Shown here: in pieces, positions 50,576 through 59,394 of the stretch
Position numbering within the stretch: the stretch's first letter is position 1
How the letters are laid out: every line of letters starts with the position of its first letter
Source of the DNA: a phage
DNA: 64,000 nt
Sequence record: PZ445439.1
Reading direction: 5' to 3' (one strand)
The notes under the pieces: model-generated
Seen by the model: only the letters and a program-made list of their open reading frames with translations
Database searches by the model: none
What the model was told of the DNA's origin: nothing
Made by a program: the position numbers and the translations under genes

Positions 50576-51322
50576 TTATCCTCGGATAAGTTTAAAAATT
50601 GAACAATTTAGCGGGTATCCTCTTTTCAGTTTAAGTTTATCAATAAAAGACAAATTTTGATACCGCTCTACACCTTGAATAATTTTATCACACATATCAT
50701 ATTGCATTTCTGCTTCTGACAGCTTTTTCACAATTTTCCAATCCGAGCCTTTAAGAAGAACGTTCAGTTTAACAACTTCAGCGCCTTCTGCTATGCGAGA
50801 ACCATCAATACGAGCTTTAAGTGCTATAATCCTTAGCTTAATGTCAGAGGTCTGTTTTGATTTAGAAAGCTGAGAAATGTGTTCAATTCGATTTTCACGT
50901 TTTTTCTGTATAGCTTTAATTTGATTATAAGTCTTTTTGATTTTAGCCCATTTCTTTTCATCTAAATTTAGTTTATGAACTTTTTTCGCAGATGAACGAC
51001 CAATTCGCAAAGCAAATAAATCCCGTTTTTCAATCAACTCTTCTAAAGTATAATCAGAACGAAATGTATTATACTTTTTCTTTACTGCAATAACATTCCC
51101 TTTAATATATCCAATGTTATTATCAAAACGTTCTAATGATAATTTCTCTCCTTCAATACGATTATCAAAAGGTTCTCCCGAGTAAGCACAAACTTTTTGA
51201 TCTAAAATGTTCTTAATGTAATTGAAGTCTAAGTTAAAATCTTTAGAACGTCTTTTAGCAGATGCCTGAGTGTGCTCTAAACGACGTTTAATTTTACGAA
51301 TTTGATTATTAGACAGTTTCAT
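50576..51322 (-). CDS. hypothetical basic protein, 248 aa (position corresponds to T4 srd)
   Basis: track ORF, ATG start; assignment by position only. Confidence 0.5.
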   Translation of the reverse strand: MKLSNNQIRKIKRRLEHTQASAKRRSKDFNLDFNYIKNILDQKVCAYSGEPFDNRIEGEKLSLERFDNNIGYIKGNVIAVKKKYNTFRSDYTLEELIEKRDLFALRIGRSSAKKVHKLNLDEKKWAKIKKTYNQIKAIQKKRENRIEHISQLSKSKQTSDIKLRIIALKARIDGSRIAEGAEVVKLNVLLKGSDWKIVKKLSEAEMQYDMCDKIIQGVERYQNLSFIDKLKLKRGYPLNCSIFKLIRG

Positions 51323-51444
51323 ATTTTTCTCACATCTTACGGACGATTGACTACTATACTATAACATTTTTACTTCAGATTGTAAACAACTTTATGCAAA
51401 AATGCTTTAAAACTTTCGTGGTATAATGAATCTAAGTCCTTCCA

Positions 51445-52047
51445 TTATAGATTAAATCCTTCAAAATCAAGAGTATAGATAGTATATGTTGAATACTTTT
51501 TATACTCATATCTATCTGCAATTCTAAATACACTTCCAGCTGGTATCATTACTTCTTGTTCATCTGAAACTAATTCCATATTACGATAACGATGGCTATC
51601 CGGAAACTTAAAGTTTGGATTGTATTCTTTACAGCGTAGAGCTTTTATGGCATACTCCTGGAAATTGAATACCATAGGAGCTTTGAATTCAAAAATAACC
51701 TGTGTGTTATACTCTAAACCGGAAGCAAAATGTAGAGCTATATTTTTATCATATGAAGCTGATACGACTTTATCAAATGTAATAATATCAATTCCTTGAT
51801 TTAACACCTGCTTAGTCTCAGCTGGAACACCTCTCCAAAGAGGTTTATCGTTTGGAACCAAACGAGATTTGATTATTTCATTTAACCAAGTATGGTCATC
51901 TGGTTTGTTGGTAATACAATGAATTAAAAGTTCAATTTCAGATAAATTAAACCCTTCAGAAAGTAATTCTTCACGAATAGAAGCACGCACCGATGCATCC
52001 ATTGATTTTATTTTAAAATCTTTTAGTTGCATTACTGAGTATTTCAT
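51445..52047 (-). CDS. modA: ADP-ribosyltransferase ModA-like (200 aa)
   Basis: R-S-E type motifs (LWRG, SAS, EQEVMIPAG); paralogue of the adjacent gene; modA/modB split assigned by size. Confidence 0.6.
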   Translation of the reverse strand: MKYSVMQLKDFKIKSMDASVRASIREELLSEGFNLSEIELLIHCITNKPDDHTWLNEIIKSRLVPNDKPLWRGVPAETKQVLNQGIDIITFDKVVSASYDKNIALHFASGLEYNTQVIFEFKAPMVFNFQEYAIKALRCKEYNPNFKFPDSHRYRNMELVSDEQEVMIPAGSVFRIADRYEYKKYSTYTIYTLDFEGFNL

Positions 52048-52667
52048 TCAACTACCTCAATATCATAAACTTTAAATGTTCCAAATGAATCGTGTAATTT
52101 TTCTTTTGAAATAGAAGTTATTCTATACTTTCCAATTGGAATCATCCATTCCTGTTCACGCACAATCATCATTAAGTTATCAGTACGCTCTGAATCTAGC
52201 CCATCAGTATCTTCATACGTATACTTAAACTCAGTATTAGGAGAAGAAAGTATAATATCGCTGATATGGTCAGAATAATTAAAAGCTTTATCAGTTTTTA
52301 AGCGAAGTATTATTTTAGTAAAATATTCAGCATAAGAAAAAGAACATGCTGTGAGCAAACTAGTAGTAAATGAATCTACTCTATTCGTTGAAAACACTTC
52401 TCCAACTTGTAAATCTTTAATAAGTTCTTCTGTTGATTTTGATATACCACGATATAACTGATAAGGCGATTTAGTTAAATGCTTTTTAACGATTTTATTC
52501 AACTGCTGATGAAGAGCTTCATTCTTTTTAGCTTCCATACATTGCCAAAGAATTGACTGCTCAAAGTCAGTAAATTTTTCACAGACTTTTTTATACATAT
52601 CATATTGAAAATCAACGCTTTCAGCTTTTATAGATAACTGTTCAACATCTGCAAGATTAATAATCAT
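52044..52667 (-). CDS. modB: ADP-ribosyltransferase ModB-like (207 aa)
   Basis: R-S-E type motifs (LYRG, SFTTS, EQEWMIPIG). Confidence 0.6.
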   Translation of the reverse strand: MIINLADVEQLSIKAESVDFQYDMYKKVCEKFTDFEQSILWQCMEAKKNEALHQQLNKIVKKHLTKSPYQLYRGISKSTEELIKDLQVGEVFSTNRVDSFTTSLLTACSFSYAEYFTKIILRLKTDKAFNYSDHISDIILSSPNTEFKYTYEDTDGLDSERTDNLMMIVREQEWMIPIGKYRITSISKEKLHDSFGTFKVYDIEVVE

Positions 52668-52734
52668 GATAGCCTCCGTATACTTCAGAAGCTATCATAT
52701 CATTGTTAGGAAGGAAAGTAAACAACTTTTTGAA

Positions 52735-52917
52735 TTATTTTGCCCAGGGAGCCCAGGGCGGAGGGTCAAGATGGTATGAAGCTAGTTCTTCTAGAAGAGC
52801 ATCTGGGGCTTCAATTCCATAATTCTGTAATACTATACGGTACTCTTTCTTATAATCACTAGAATCATTCTGGATATTCGTAGAATGATTATCTTCTAAC
52901 ATCTCAAATAAATCCAT
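52735..52917 (-). CDS. hypothetical acidic protein, 60 aa
   Basis: track ORF, ATG start. Confidence 0.4.
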   Translation of the reverse strand: MDLFEMLEDNHSTNIQNDSSDYKKEYRIVLQNYGIEAPDALLEELASYHLDPPPWAPWAK

Positions 52918-52925
52918 ATTAATTC

Positions 52926-53396
52926 CTAGCGATAAAAACCAAAATGACGATTAGCTTCAGCAATCTTTCTTTCTTCTTCGGACATTCTCCATCGTAGTCC
53001 AACATCAAAATGAGCCCAGACCATCCTAACAAATGCATTTATATCTTTAATATCTTCAATAATGAATGTTTTACTTTTAGAAGGTTGACTCGCTAATTTA
53101 ACTTTATCGTCTTCAAACATGTCAAAAAGACCATATTCATGAGCTCTTTTATAGCCTTTAATAGTTAAAGCTTCAGAAGAAGAAAATGGTGAATCTGTAT
53201 TCTGCAAAATATCTTCAGTATGCTTTATAATTAGAATAATATTTTCTGGATATTTTCTTTCTTTTATATCTTTAATTAAAATATCCGGATTTTCTGCTAA
53301 AGGAATAATTAATGAGCATTTTTTATCAAGTGTATTTACTGATTTACCTTCTTTAGACATAAATTCTATTGAATAATGTTTTGCTACTTCAATCAT
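52926..53396 (-). CDS. hypothetical protein, 156 aa
   Basis: track ORF, ATG start. Confidence 0.5.
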   Translation of the reverse strand: MIEVAKHYSIEFMSKEGKSVNTLDKKCSLIIPLAENPDILIKDIKERKYPENIILIIKHTEDILQNTDSPFSSSEALTIKGYKRAHEYGLFDMFEDDKVKLASQPSKSKTFIIEDIKDINAFVRMVWAHFDVGLRWRMSEEERKIAEANRHFGFYR

Positions 53397-53549
53397 GGGA
53401 TTTCCTTTTGCCTACTAATGGACCATCGGGAATTTTGTTTTCCTGGATATATTTCTCATTTTCTTCCATCATTTTACTGCCAATTTTAAGAAGCAAATCT
53501 AAGGCTTCATTTGCTTTAGCTTTAGCCTCTTCTAACGTCATGTTCTTGT

Positions 53550-53753
53550 TCATGATTTATCCCCATAGATGTCTCTCATCAATTTAAGTGCTGAGCGTTC
53601 TAATTTCTTTTCTTTCTCAGCACTAATCATTGATTTCATCCATTCTTCCGATTCGTTCTGCATTTCTTTATTTGCCTGTTCAACCCAACCATCGTCAATA
53701 TACATTGAGTTTGGTCTATTGAACCATTCAAGCATTTTCTTCAGAACTTTCAT
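53550..53753 (-). CDS. hypothetical protein, 67 aa
   Basis: track ORF, ATG start. Confidence 0.4.
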   Translation of the reverse strand: MKVLKKMLEWFNRPNSMYIDDGWVEQANKEMQNESEEWMKSMISAEKEKKLERSALKLMRDIYGDKS

Positions 53754-54213
53754 TTGTTTTACCTAAAACAATAGTAGGAGCATCGTCAAATTCATGAATT
53801 TTTAGCAATTTTGGATTTAAATTATTCCATACATAATAAATAAAGTATGATAAAGCATCTTCACTCGCAATTATAAATTTATTTCCTTCATTTATTTTCC
53901 AGTCATATACTGAATCGTACGAATAAAAAGATAAAGGATTACCATTATATTGTTCTGCGCTAACATTAATGTATTCGGATTTAGTAAATGCTTCAATTGC
54001 TCTAAACGGACTATTTGGCACAGTTTCAATAATTCCGATCTTTTTAAGTTTTATTTCAACATCTTCTGGAACTGGCATTGAAACGAAATTTTCTACGAGA
54101 TACATAGGGTTACAATAACCCTTATCAATCACTACGGCTACAGTAATTGGAACATCTTTAGCAAACGACATGCTATTACTGCTAATATACATTTCAAACA
54201 AAATTGCTTCCAT
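53728..54213 (-). CDS. hypothetical protein, about 161 aa (internal Met start; position consistent with T4 mrh)
   Basis: GAGGAAAATT-ATG at Met-5 of track ORF. Confidence 0.5.
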   Translation of the reverse strand: MEAILFEMYISSNSMSFAKDVPITVAVVIDKGYCNPMYLVENFVSMPVPEDVEIKLKKIGIIETVPNSPFRAIEAFTKSEYINVSAEQYNGNPLSFYSYDSVYDWKINEGNKFIIASEDALSYFIYYVWNNLNPKLLKIHEFDDAPTIVLGKTNESSEENA

Positions 54214-54221
54214 AATTTTCC

Positions 54222-54563
54222 TCAATCACAAGATGTAGATGAACAGCTAGAATCACAAGAACTTCCGCATGAATCACCTGCCCATACATGAACAGGGACA
54301 TTTGTATCATATGAATCAGAACTAGACTGTGTATTCTGTGCATTAGATGATGTAGTAGGTACTGACCAGCGCCAAGGATTTTTATAATATTCTTGGGCTT
54401 CTTCATAAGTCATAGTAACTGCTTCTACTGTTCCATCTCCCATATAAACATACTCAACTACAGTTAAAGGAAGGTAGTCATTTGAAATAGGAACTACACC
54501 TTCTCCCGGAGTTGTAGAGAAAAAATCTGTAAAGAAATTTTTAAACCAATTAAAGATAAACAT
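54222..54563 (-). CDS. hypothetical protein, 113 aa, hydrophobic N-terminus and Cys/Ser-rich C-terminal tail
   Basis: C-terminus ..[18 protein letters not shown]. Confidence 0.45.
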   Translation of the reverse strand: MFIFNWFKNFFTDFFSTTPGEGVVPISNDYLPLTVVEYVYMGDGTVEAVTMTYEEAQEYYKNPWRWSVPTTSSNAQNTQSSSDSYDTNVPVHVWAGDSCGSSCDSSCSSTSCD

Positions 54564-54775
54564 TACAAAAAGCCTCTTTGAAATTCGACTCTTTGAAATC
54601 CACCCCAGTCAGTATATCGCATTTCAGCATTGAACTCGACTGAACCATCTGCATGCATCATGAATGAATGCGTGACGACATCACAATCCCAGCTTTTCAT
54701 ACCCCATTTATCAGAGATAGCTTTATCAAGAACCTTCTGAAGGTCTTCATTTGGTTTAATCCAACGATTTAACAT
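54563..54775 (-). CDS. hypothetical protein, 70 aa
   Basis: track ORF, ATG start. Confidence 0.45.
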   Translation of the reverse strand: MLNRWIKPNEDLQKVLDKAISDKWGMKSWDCDVVTHSFMMHADGSVEFNAEMRYTDWGGFQRVEFQRGFL

Positions 54776-54840
54776 AGTGTTCTCCTCTATAAGATATTTT
54801 TATTATACCACACTCATTTTGACATGTAAACCATAAAATG

Positions 54841-54865
54841 AAAAAAGGAATCCCGAAGGATTCCT
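54841..54865 (-). terminator. intrinsic terminator after soc (AGGAAUCC-UUCG-GGAUUCCU then U tract)
   Basis: 8 bp stem with UUCG loop and U run about 8 nt after soc stop. Confidence 0.55.
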
Positions 54866-54873
54866 TAAATTAT

Positions 54874-55131
54874 TTAACCACCTACACCTGGTGTAGGTGT
54901 AACAGTCCAAAGACCTTCATTAGCAGTGATCCATTCAGTACGTTGATTTTCTTCATATACTGTAGAATATGCTGCTTTTTCAGAAGGGAATGTCTGATAA
55001 TGAGCACCAGAAATTTTGTGAACATCAGAATAAAGAGGGAAAGCTACAGAAATTTCTTTACCCTGAATTGTACCACCATCAACTGCTTGGTCAAATGTTT
55101 TAATATTAACATAACCGCGAGTACTAGCCAT
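54874..55131 (-). CDS. soc: Soc small outer capsid protein
   Basis: 85 aa, matches recalled T4 Soc over most of its length. Confidence 0.85.
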   Translation of the reverse strand: MASTRGYVNIKTFDQAVDGGTIQGKEISVAFPLYSDVHKISGAHYQTFPSEKAAYSTVYEENQRTEWITANEGLWTVTPTPGVGG

Positions 55132-55147
55132 GTAATTCTCCTTTTAT

Positions 55148-55357
55148 TTAAATTACATGATTATTTATAATAAATTCTCGCGGAACGTTAAAATACCCGA
55201 TTTTAGTTAATATAACAACATCGCCGTTAATAATTACCGGAGAATAATCTTCTGGAGCATTAAATTTCCAATGGGCTCTAATATTATATCCATCAGAACC
55301 AAATGCTCGAGTAGCCGGTCTCCCGGCTTTTTGCCACGCGTAGAAATCAAATTTCAT
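55148..55357 (-). CDS. hypothetical protein, 69 aa
   Basis: track ORF, ATG start; contains soc late promoter in its 3' end. Confidence 0.4.
   Translation of the reverse strand: MKFDFYAWQKAGRPATRAFGSDGYNIRAHWKFNAPEDYSPVIINGDVVILTKIGYFNVPREFIINNHVI
55162..55169 (-). promoter_or_regulatory. late promoter TATAAATA upstream of soc
   Basis: exact TATAAATA about 30 nt before soc ATG. Confidence 0.45.
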
Positions 55358-55548
55358 TTTGAATGCTCTATAATTAATTTTAAAGCTTCTTCACTGACAA
55401 AAATTTCGTCAGGACCTTCTATAACTTCAACCATACGAAGTTGATTAGTTAAGAGCTCACATACGAGCTCCTTGTTATAATCTTTAAATAGCTGGTCAAT
55501 ACGTTTCTTATGGGCTTTCTTAAGCTGACGCTTATTTAAACGAGCCAT
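55354..55548 (-). CDS. hypothetical basic protein, 64 aa
   Basis: track ORF, ATG start. Confidence 0.4.
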   Translation of the reverse strand: MARLNKRQLKKAHKKRIDQLFKDYNKELVCELLTNQLRMVEVIEGPDEIFVSEEALKLIIEHSK

Positions 55549-56066
55549 TAATAACCTCGGTCTTGACGAGCGAAGTTTTCAGCATTTTTCAGATAATAAA
55601 GTTTAAATATTTCTTCAGCTGACATTCCAAGAGCAATGAATTTATTCATGAAAAAGTGAAATTGATCAATCAGTTCAAATTTAATTTCAAGTTGATCTTC
55701 AGGAGATAAGTCTTGAATTTTCTTGGATTGCATTTCAGAATAACGTTTCTTCCAAGGTTTCCATACGGCAGAAGCTTCTTTTTCACCATTACTCATACCA
55801 CCAAGAGAAGTATATAGCTCGCGAGTTTCATCTGCGATATAATCGTCTTGGTTTCGCAACCAAGCAAGAACTTCTCCTGCAGTTTCAAGTGAATCGGGAT
55901 GACGATTTGTTTCTGGTTTATCATTAGCCAAACGAATCTGTAAATGCCGCTGCATATCAAGCATAACCTGCAATGGGTCAATACTGTGCATAATATACTC
56001 AGCATATGCACGATTTGCTTTATCAACACCTTCGATCAAATGAGCACATTCATTAAAGTGAGCCAT
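55548..56066 (-). CDS. 56: dCTP pyrophosphatase gp56 (MazG-like)
   Basis: about 172 aa from internal Met (MAHFNECAHL..); track N-terminal extension is hydrophobic and probably untranslated. Confidence 0.8.
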   Translation of the reverse strand: MAHFNECAHLIEGVDKANRAYAEYIMHSIDPLQVMLDMQRHLQIRLANDKPETNRHPDSLETAGEVLAWLRNQDDYIADETRELYTSLGGMSNGEKEASAVWKPWKKRYSEMQSKKIQDLSPEDQLEIKFELIDQFHFFMNKFIALGMSAEEIFKLYYLKNAENFARQDRGY

Positions 56067-56137
56067 TATTTTTCCTTTCAATTCATGGGTTAGTAGATTA
56101 ATTATACAATAAATATATAAAGCAATAAGGAGGACAT

Positions 56138-56338
56138 ATGGTACAAAAATTAATGGCACTTGTTAATGCCATAAAAGGTAATAAGAAACGTATAGCTTTT
56201 ACTATTTCTGCTATGGTAGGAATTTTACTCTGGAACTTTATTTTATCACCTGTTGCAATTGCACATGGTATTAATATTCCAGTAGTTACTCTTGATACAT
56301 TCGTAGATTTAGCATTTGCTTTAGTTGGGTTAATTTAA
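56138..56338 (+). CDS. small hydrophobic protein, 66 aa, on opposite strand between genes 56 and 61
   Basis: strong AAGGAGG Shine-Dalgarno 4-5 nt before ATG; two predicted TM segments; convergent with gene 61. Confidence 0.35.
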   Translation: MVQKLMALVNAIKGNKKRIAFTISAMVGILLWNFILSPVAIAHGINIPVVTLDTFVDLAFALVGLI

Positions 56339-57363
56339 ATCTTAGCATATTTAGATAGCCGCATTTTAGCCATCAACCCCTGGGCAATATTATTTTTCAT
56401 ATATTCCATAATTTGTTCAGGGGTTGCACCTTCCTTTCTAATCATATCATTAACATCTTTTGATTTCCAGGGAGATTTATCCCAAAACATAACCCTTTCT
56501 CCTGCATCAACTAATTTAGTCATTCGTTTGATAGTGTCAGGGTGACGAGGTTCATTATCTAAAACCCACACTCGTCTATCTTTAAATGGAACAACTTCTA
56601 GGTCTAATTGACCACCCGTAATAGCTATACCATTTTCAATAAAAAGTGAATCTATAGGTCCTTCTAGAACATATACATCACCATCTTTAACTCGTTCGAC
56701 TCCATATATTTTTGTTGCCTCAGGATAAGCTTTGATGGTGATATATTTTTGAGGAGCATCTTTCTTTAATGCACGTCCTTGAAAAGACTCAGCTTTTCCA
56801 TTAGCATTATAAATTGGAATAACAAGACGAGGCTCAGAAATTTCCTTTTTGTATGTTCCCGGTGCTATGCTATTAACTAATTTAGGCCATTCGGTTGTAA
56901 ACCAAAGATATTTCCATTTATCCTTTGGAATACAACGAGCTTTTACATATTTTATAATTGGATGGTCTTCCGCCAGTTTATCTAATCTAACGCATGACGG
57001 AAGAGATTTAATTATTTTCTTCTCAGGTTGTTTAGGAAGTTCTTTAGGTTTTTCTACTGGACGACTTTTACCTTTTTCTTTTCTTATTTCAAAGATATAC
57101 TCACGATATAAATCAGGTTCAAACTCCTTTAAATATATTCCGATTGGTGCATGATAGTTACAGTTATAACAATGAATATTTCCTTCATTATTATCACCAT
57201 AATACCATCCACGAGCTTTATTCTGGTCGGTTTTTGAATCTCCACAAACAGGGCATCTAAACCGTAATTTAAAAGTTGAACTATTATTTACTTGTGTGAA
57301 TTTAGGTAAATGAGCTAATGCACGGTATGCAAACTCATTATCAATCCAAGGTATTGATGACAT
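56335..57363 (-). CDS. 61: DNA primase gp61
   Basis: 342 aa, N-terminal zinc ribbon (CPVCGDS..CYNC) and Toprim region. Confidence 0.9.
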   Translation of the reverse strand: MSSIPWIDNEFAYRALAHLPKFTQVNNSSTFKLRFRCPVCGDSKTDQNKARGWYYGDNNEGNIHCYNCNYHAPIGIYLKEFEPDLYREYIFEIRKEKGKSRPVEKPKELPKQPEKKIIKSLPSCVRLDKLAEDHPIIKYVKARCIPKDKWKYLWFTTEWPKLVNSIAPGTYKKEISEPRLVIPIYNANGKAESFQGRALKKDAPQKYITIKAYPEATKIYGVERVKDGDVYVLEGPIDSLFIENGIAITGGQLDLEVVPFKDRRVWVLDNEPRHPDTIKRMTKLVDAGERVMFWDKSPWKSKDVNDMIRKEGATPEQIMEYMKNNIAQGLMAKMRLSKYAKI

Positions 57364-57365
57364 TT

Positions 57366-57530
57366 TTACTCTTCTTTTTCTTTAGATTCCTCTTTTTTCT
57401 TTTTAGGAATCTGTTCAGGACCTTTATTTACTACAGCGCCTGACGTTGTTCCAGTAGAGATATTTTCAGGATTACCACCTGAATCTCCAGCGACCATATC
57501 TTCTTTGATAAATTCTTTATATGTTTTCAT
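57366..57530 (-). CDS. small acidic/basic protein, about 54 aa (61.1 position; below ORF-track cutoff)
   Basis: ATG 2 nt after stop of ORF 57532..57888; Lys/Glu-rich tail. Confidence 0.4.
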   Translation of the reverse strand: MKTYKEFIKEDMVAGDSGGNPENISTGTTSGAVVNKGPEQIPKKKKEESKEKEE

Positions 57531-57574
57531 ATTAACCTCTATTCATAAAAGCATTAAAAATTTGGTCATCAATA
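57528..57574. repeat. direct repeat copy 1 (about 47 bp)
   Basis: CATATTAACCTCTATTCATAAAAGCATTAAAAATTTGGTCATCAATAG; 44/47 identical to 57886..57932. Confidence 0.6.
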
Positions 57575-57888
57575 GATGGTGCAGTAATATTTTCTGCATC
57601 ATTTAGCAAATCATTAATTTCATCAGATAGCATAACACATGTACCTTTATTTCCTGTAATTGTTACTGCACAATTACGAACGTTTTCTTTATCAAATTTT
57701 AGGTTAATATTTTCGTAGTGAAAATCCTTTAATGCCGAATATATCTTTAAAATAAAATTGTCTTTTACTACAATAAACCCAACCTCACTATTAAAACGTG
57801 GTTCATGGAAACTGTAATAAACCTTTTCATCTATAAAATCGTATGAAATTTTTTCCATTTTTAAATATGAAAATTCAGAACTATACAT
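57532..57888 (-). CDS. hypothetical protein, 118 aa; C-terminal 13 aa identical to the upstream gene
   Basis: track ORF, ATG start; ends ..SIDDQIFNAFMNRG as does ORF 57890..58528. Confidence 0.5.
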   Translation of the reverse strand: MYSSEFSYLKMEKISYDFIDEKVYYSFHEPRFNSEVGFIVVKDNFILKIYSALKDFHYENINLKFDKENVRNCAVTITGNKGTCVMLSDEINDLLNDAENITAPSIDDQIFNAFMNRG

Positions 57889-57932
57889 ATTAACCTTTAT
57901 TCATAAAAGCATTAAAAATTTGATCGTCAATA
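57886..57932. repeat. direct repeat copy 2 (about 47 bp)
   Basis: covers last codons and stop of ORF 57890..58528 plus start codon of ORF 57532..57888. Confidence 0.6.
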
Positions 57933-58528
57933 GAAACTTTTACTTTAGGCTGTTCTTCAAACGGTAATTCATATCCACATATTACAATTTTGTGATCGAT
58001 ACCAAAATACACAGAAGCAATATGATTAATATTATTTTCAGTGAAATCTAAATCAACATCAATATCTTTTTGACTAACGCTCAAAGGATAATTAATACGA
58101 ATAATTCGATTATCTTTAACAAAGATTCCACCGACATACTCTGTGTTGCGTTTAAAGTTTACACGTTTCCTAAATGAAAAATATTCAGGTTCTTTATGAG
58201 CCCGACTCATAGGACACAATGAGTAGCTAGAATAAGAGATGTCAAATCCTACACCTTCAATATGAATATGAGCCAACGTGTCATGATTAAACCAATTATA
58301 ATCATATGCCAAATCCATTATATTGTAATATGTGAAAGGCACCGGATTAACATCATATGTTGTACCTTTAAAATCTGCCCAGGCAACGATTTCGTTATCT
58401 TTAACAATTACAAAAATTGTGCCAATAAGATATCCACGGTTATTTTCATCAGGTGTTATATTATAACATTGTGCATCAGGAAATTTACCGTATTTAAACG
58501 GTGGATTTTTGTGCATATAATAAATCAT
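57890..58528 (-). CDS. hypothetical protein, about 212 aa (61.2 position; ATG at Met-4 of track ORF)
   Basis: track ORF starts at an upstream non-ATG codon; AGGTGA site before the internal ATG. Confidence 0.5.
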   Translation of the reverse strand: MIYYMHKNPPFKYGKFPDAQCYNITPDENNRGYLIGTIFVIVKDNEIVAWADFKGTTYDVNPVPFTYYNIMDLAYDYNWFNHDTLAHIHIEGVGFDISYSSYSLCPMSRAHKEPEYFSFRKRVNFKRNTEYVGGIFVKDNRIIRINYPLSVSQKDIDVDLDFTENNINHIASVYFGIDHKIVICGYELPFEEQPKVKVSIDDQIFNAFMNKG

Positions 58529-58529
58529 A

Positions 58530-58823
58530 TTATTCACCTGTGATTTCGGTTACGATATTTTTGTTATTAAAGTTTTTATCGCAATACAGAACATAATTAT
58601 ACTGCATTACACCACCAGACTTAAGTTGTTTTTGCACTTCAGCTTTCATTTCAGGACGATCGCGCTCAACGATATTCATAATATCTGCTTCAATTTGGGT
58701 TTCAACTTCAGTCTGATCCGCAGTCATAGACCATTCGCACAAATCTTTATCATAGCCTGCCATAGCAGGCTGAGCAGCACAAGAAGCCAAAGTAAAAATT
58801 GTAGCAAAAATAAATTTTTTCAT
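58530..58823 (-). CDS. sp: Spackle-like periplasmic protein (superinfection exclusion)
   Basis: 97 aa with signal peptide; size and position as T4 sp. Confidence 0.7.
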   Translation of the reverse strand: MKKFIFATIFTLASCAAQPAMAGYDKDLCEWSMTADQTEVETQIEADIMNIVERDRPEMKAEVQKQLKSGGVMQYNYVLYCDKNFNNKNIVTEITGE

Positions 58824-58883
58824 GATAATCTCCTCAGTAGTTTATGTTTATATAGTATCTCAATTTCCAACAAAAGTAAACAG

Positions 58884-59141
58884 CTATTTTAAAACTTCTG
58901 CATAATCACATGTTACAAACTGTTTCTCTAGCTTGACGATTTTACGAAAGTATCTTTTGCATTGGCGAATCTGTCGCTTCGTGGGGCGAACAGCAAACTT
59001 AATAAATTCCACTCGACCAAATGGAGGACTTTCTTCTGCTGGAATATCTAACACCAATTCCCACGTATCTGCAATAAGTGCTTTGAATTGAGTATTTTTC
59101 CTGACGTTATACGGAGTAGGTTTAAATAAAACAATATGCAT
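58884..59141 (-). CDS. hypothetical basic protein, about 85 aa (internal Met start)
   Basis: GAGGATAAT-ATG at Met-15; this start abuts the dmd stop without overlap. Confidence 0.45.
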   Translation of the reverse strand: MHIVLFKPTPYNVRKNTQFKALIADTWELVLDIPAEESPPFGRVEFIKFAVRPTKRQIRQCKRYFRKIVKLEKQFVTCDYAEVLK

Positions 59142-59142
59142 A

Positions 59143-59325
59143 TTATCCTCGGCAATCCACTTCGCACACTTTCTTGTCATCAATGAAAGCTTTAACTAAT
59201 GCTTTATTAACTTCAGCATATTGAGTAGTAGCCCATTGAACGTCATCTTTCATCATTGTGATTTCTTTAGTAAACATGCTTTCATTCTTAAACCACCCCA
59301 TAAAAACTACCTTTACCAATTCCAT
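59143..59325 (-). CDS. dmd: Dmd antitoxin (inhibitor of RnlA/LsoA toxins)
   Basis: 60 aa, matches recalled T4 Dmd. Confidence 0.8.
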   Translation of the reverse strand: MELVKVVFMGWFKNESMFTKEITMMKDDVQWATTQYAEVNKALVKAFIDDKKVCEVDCRG

Positions 59326-59364
59326 AACAATCTCCTCATTTAACCAACAAGACTACTATACCAT

Positions 59365-59394
59365 AGTCTTGTCAGCTTGTAAACTAAAATTTTA
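59365..59394 (-). promoter_or_regulatory. early-type promoter candidate for dmd (GTTTAC, 18 nt, TATAGT) inside an 8 bp inverted repeat
   Basis: motif pair; inverted repeat CAAGACTA/TAGTCTTG spans the -10. Confidence 0.35.

Noticed and set aside
56138-56338. Possibility that the plus-strand 66 aa ORF is spurious
   Set aside because: Not fully rejected: kept as a low-confidence feature because of the strong ribosome-binding site, but hydrophobic ORFs arise easily antisense to AT-rich sequence
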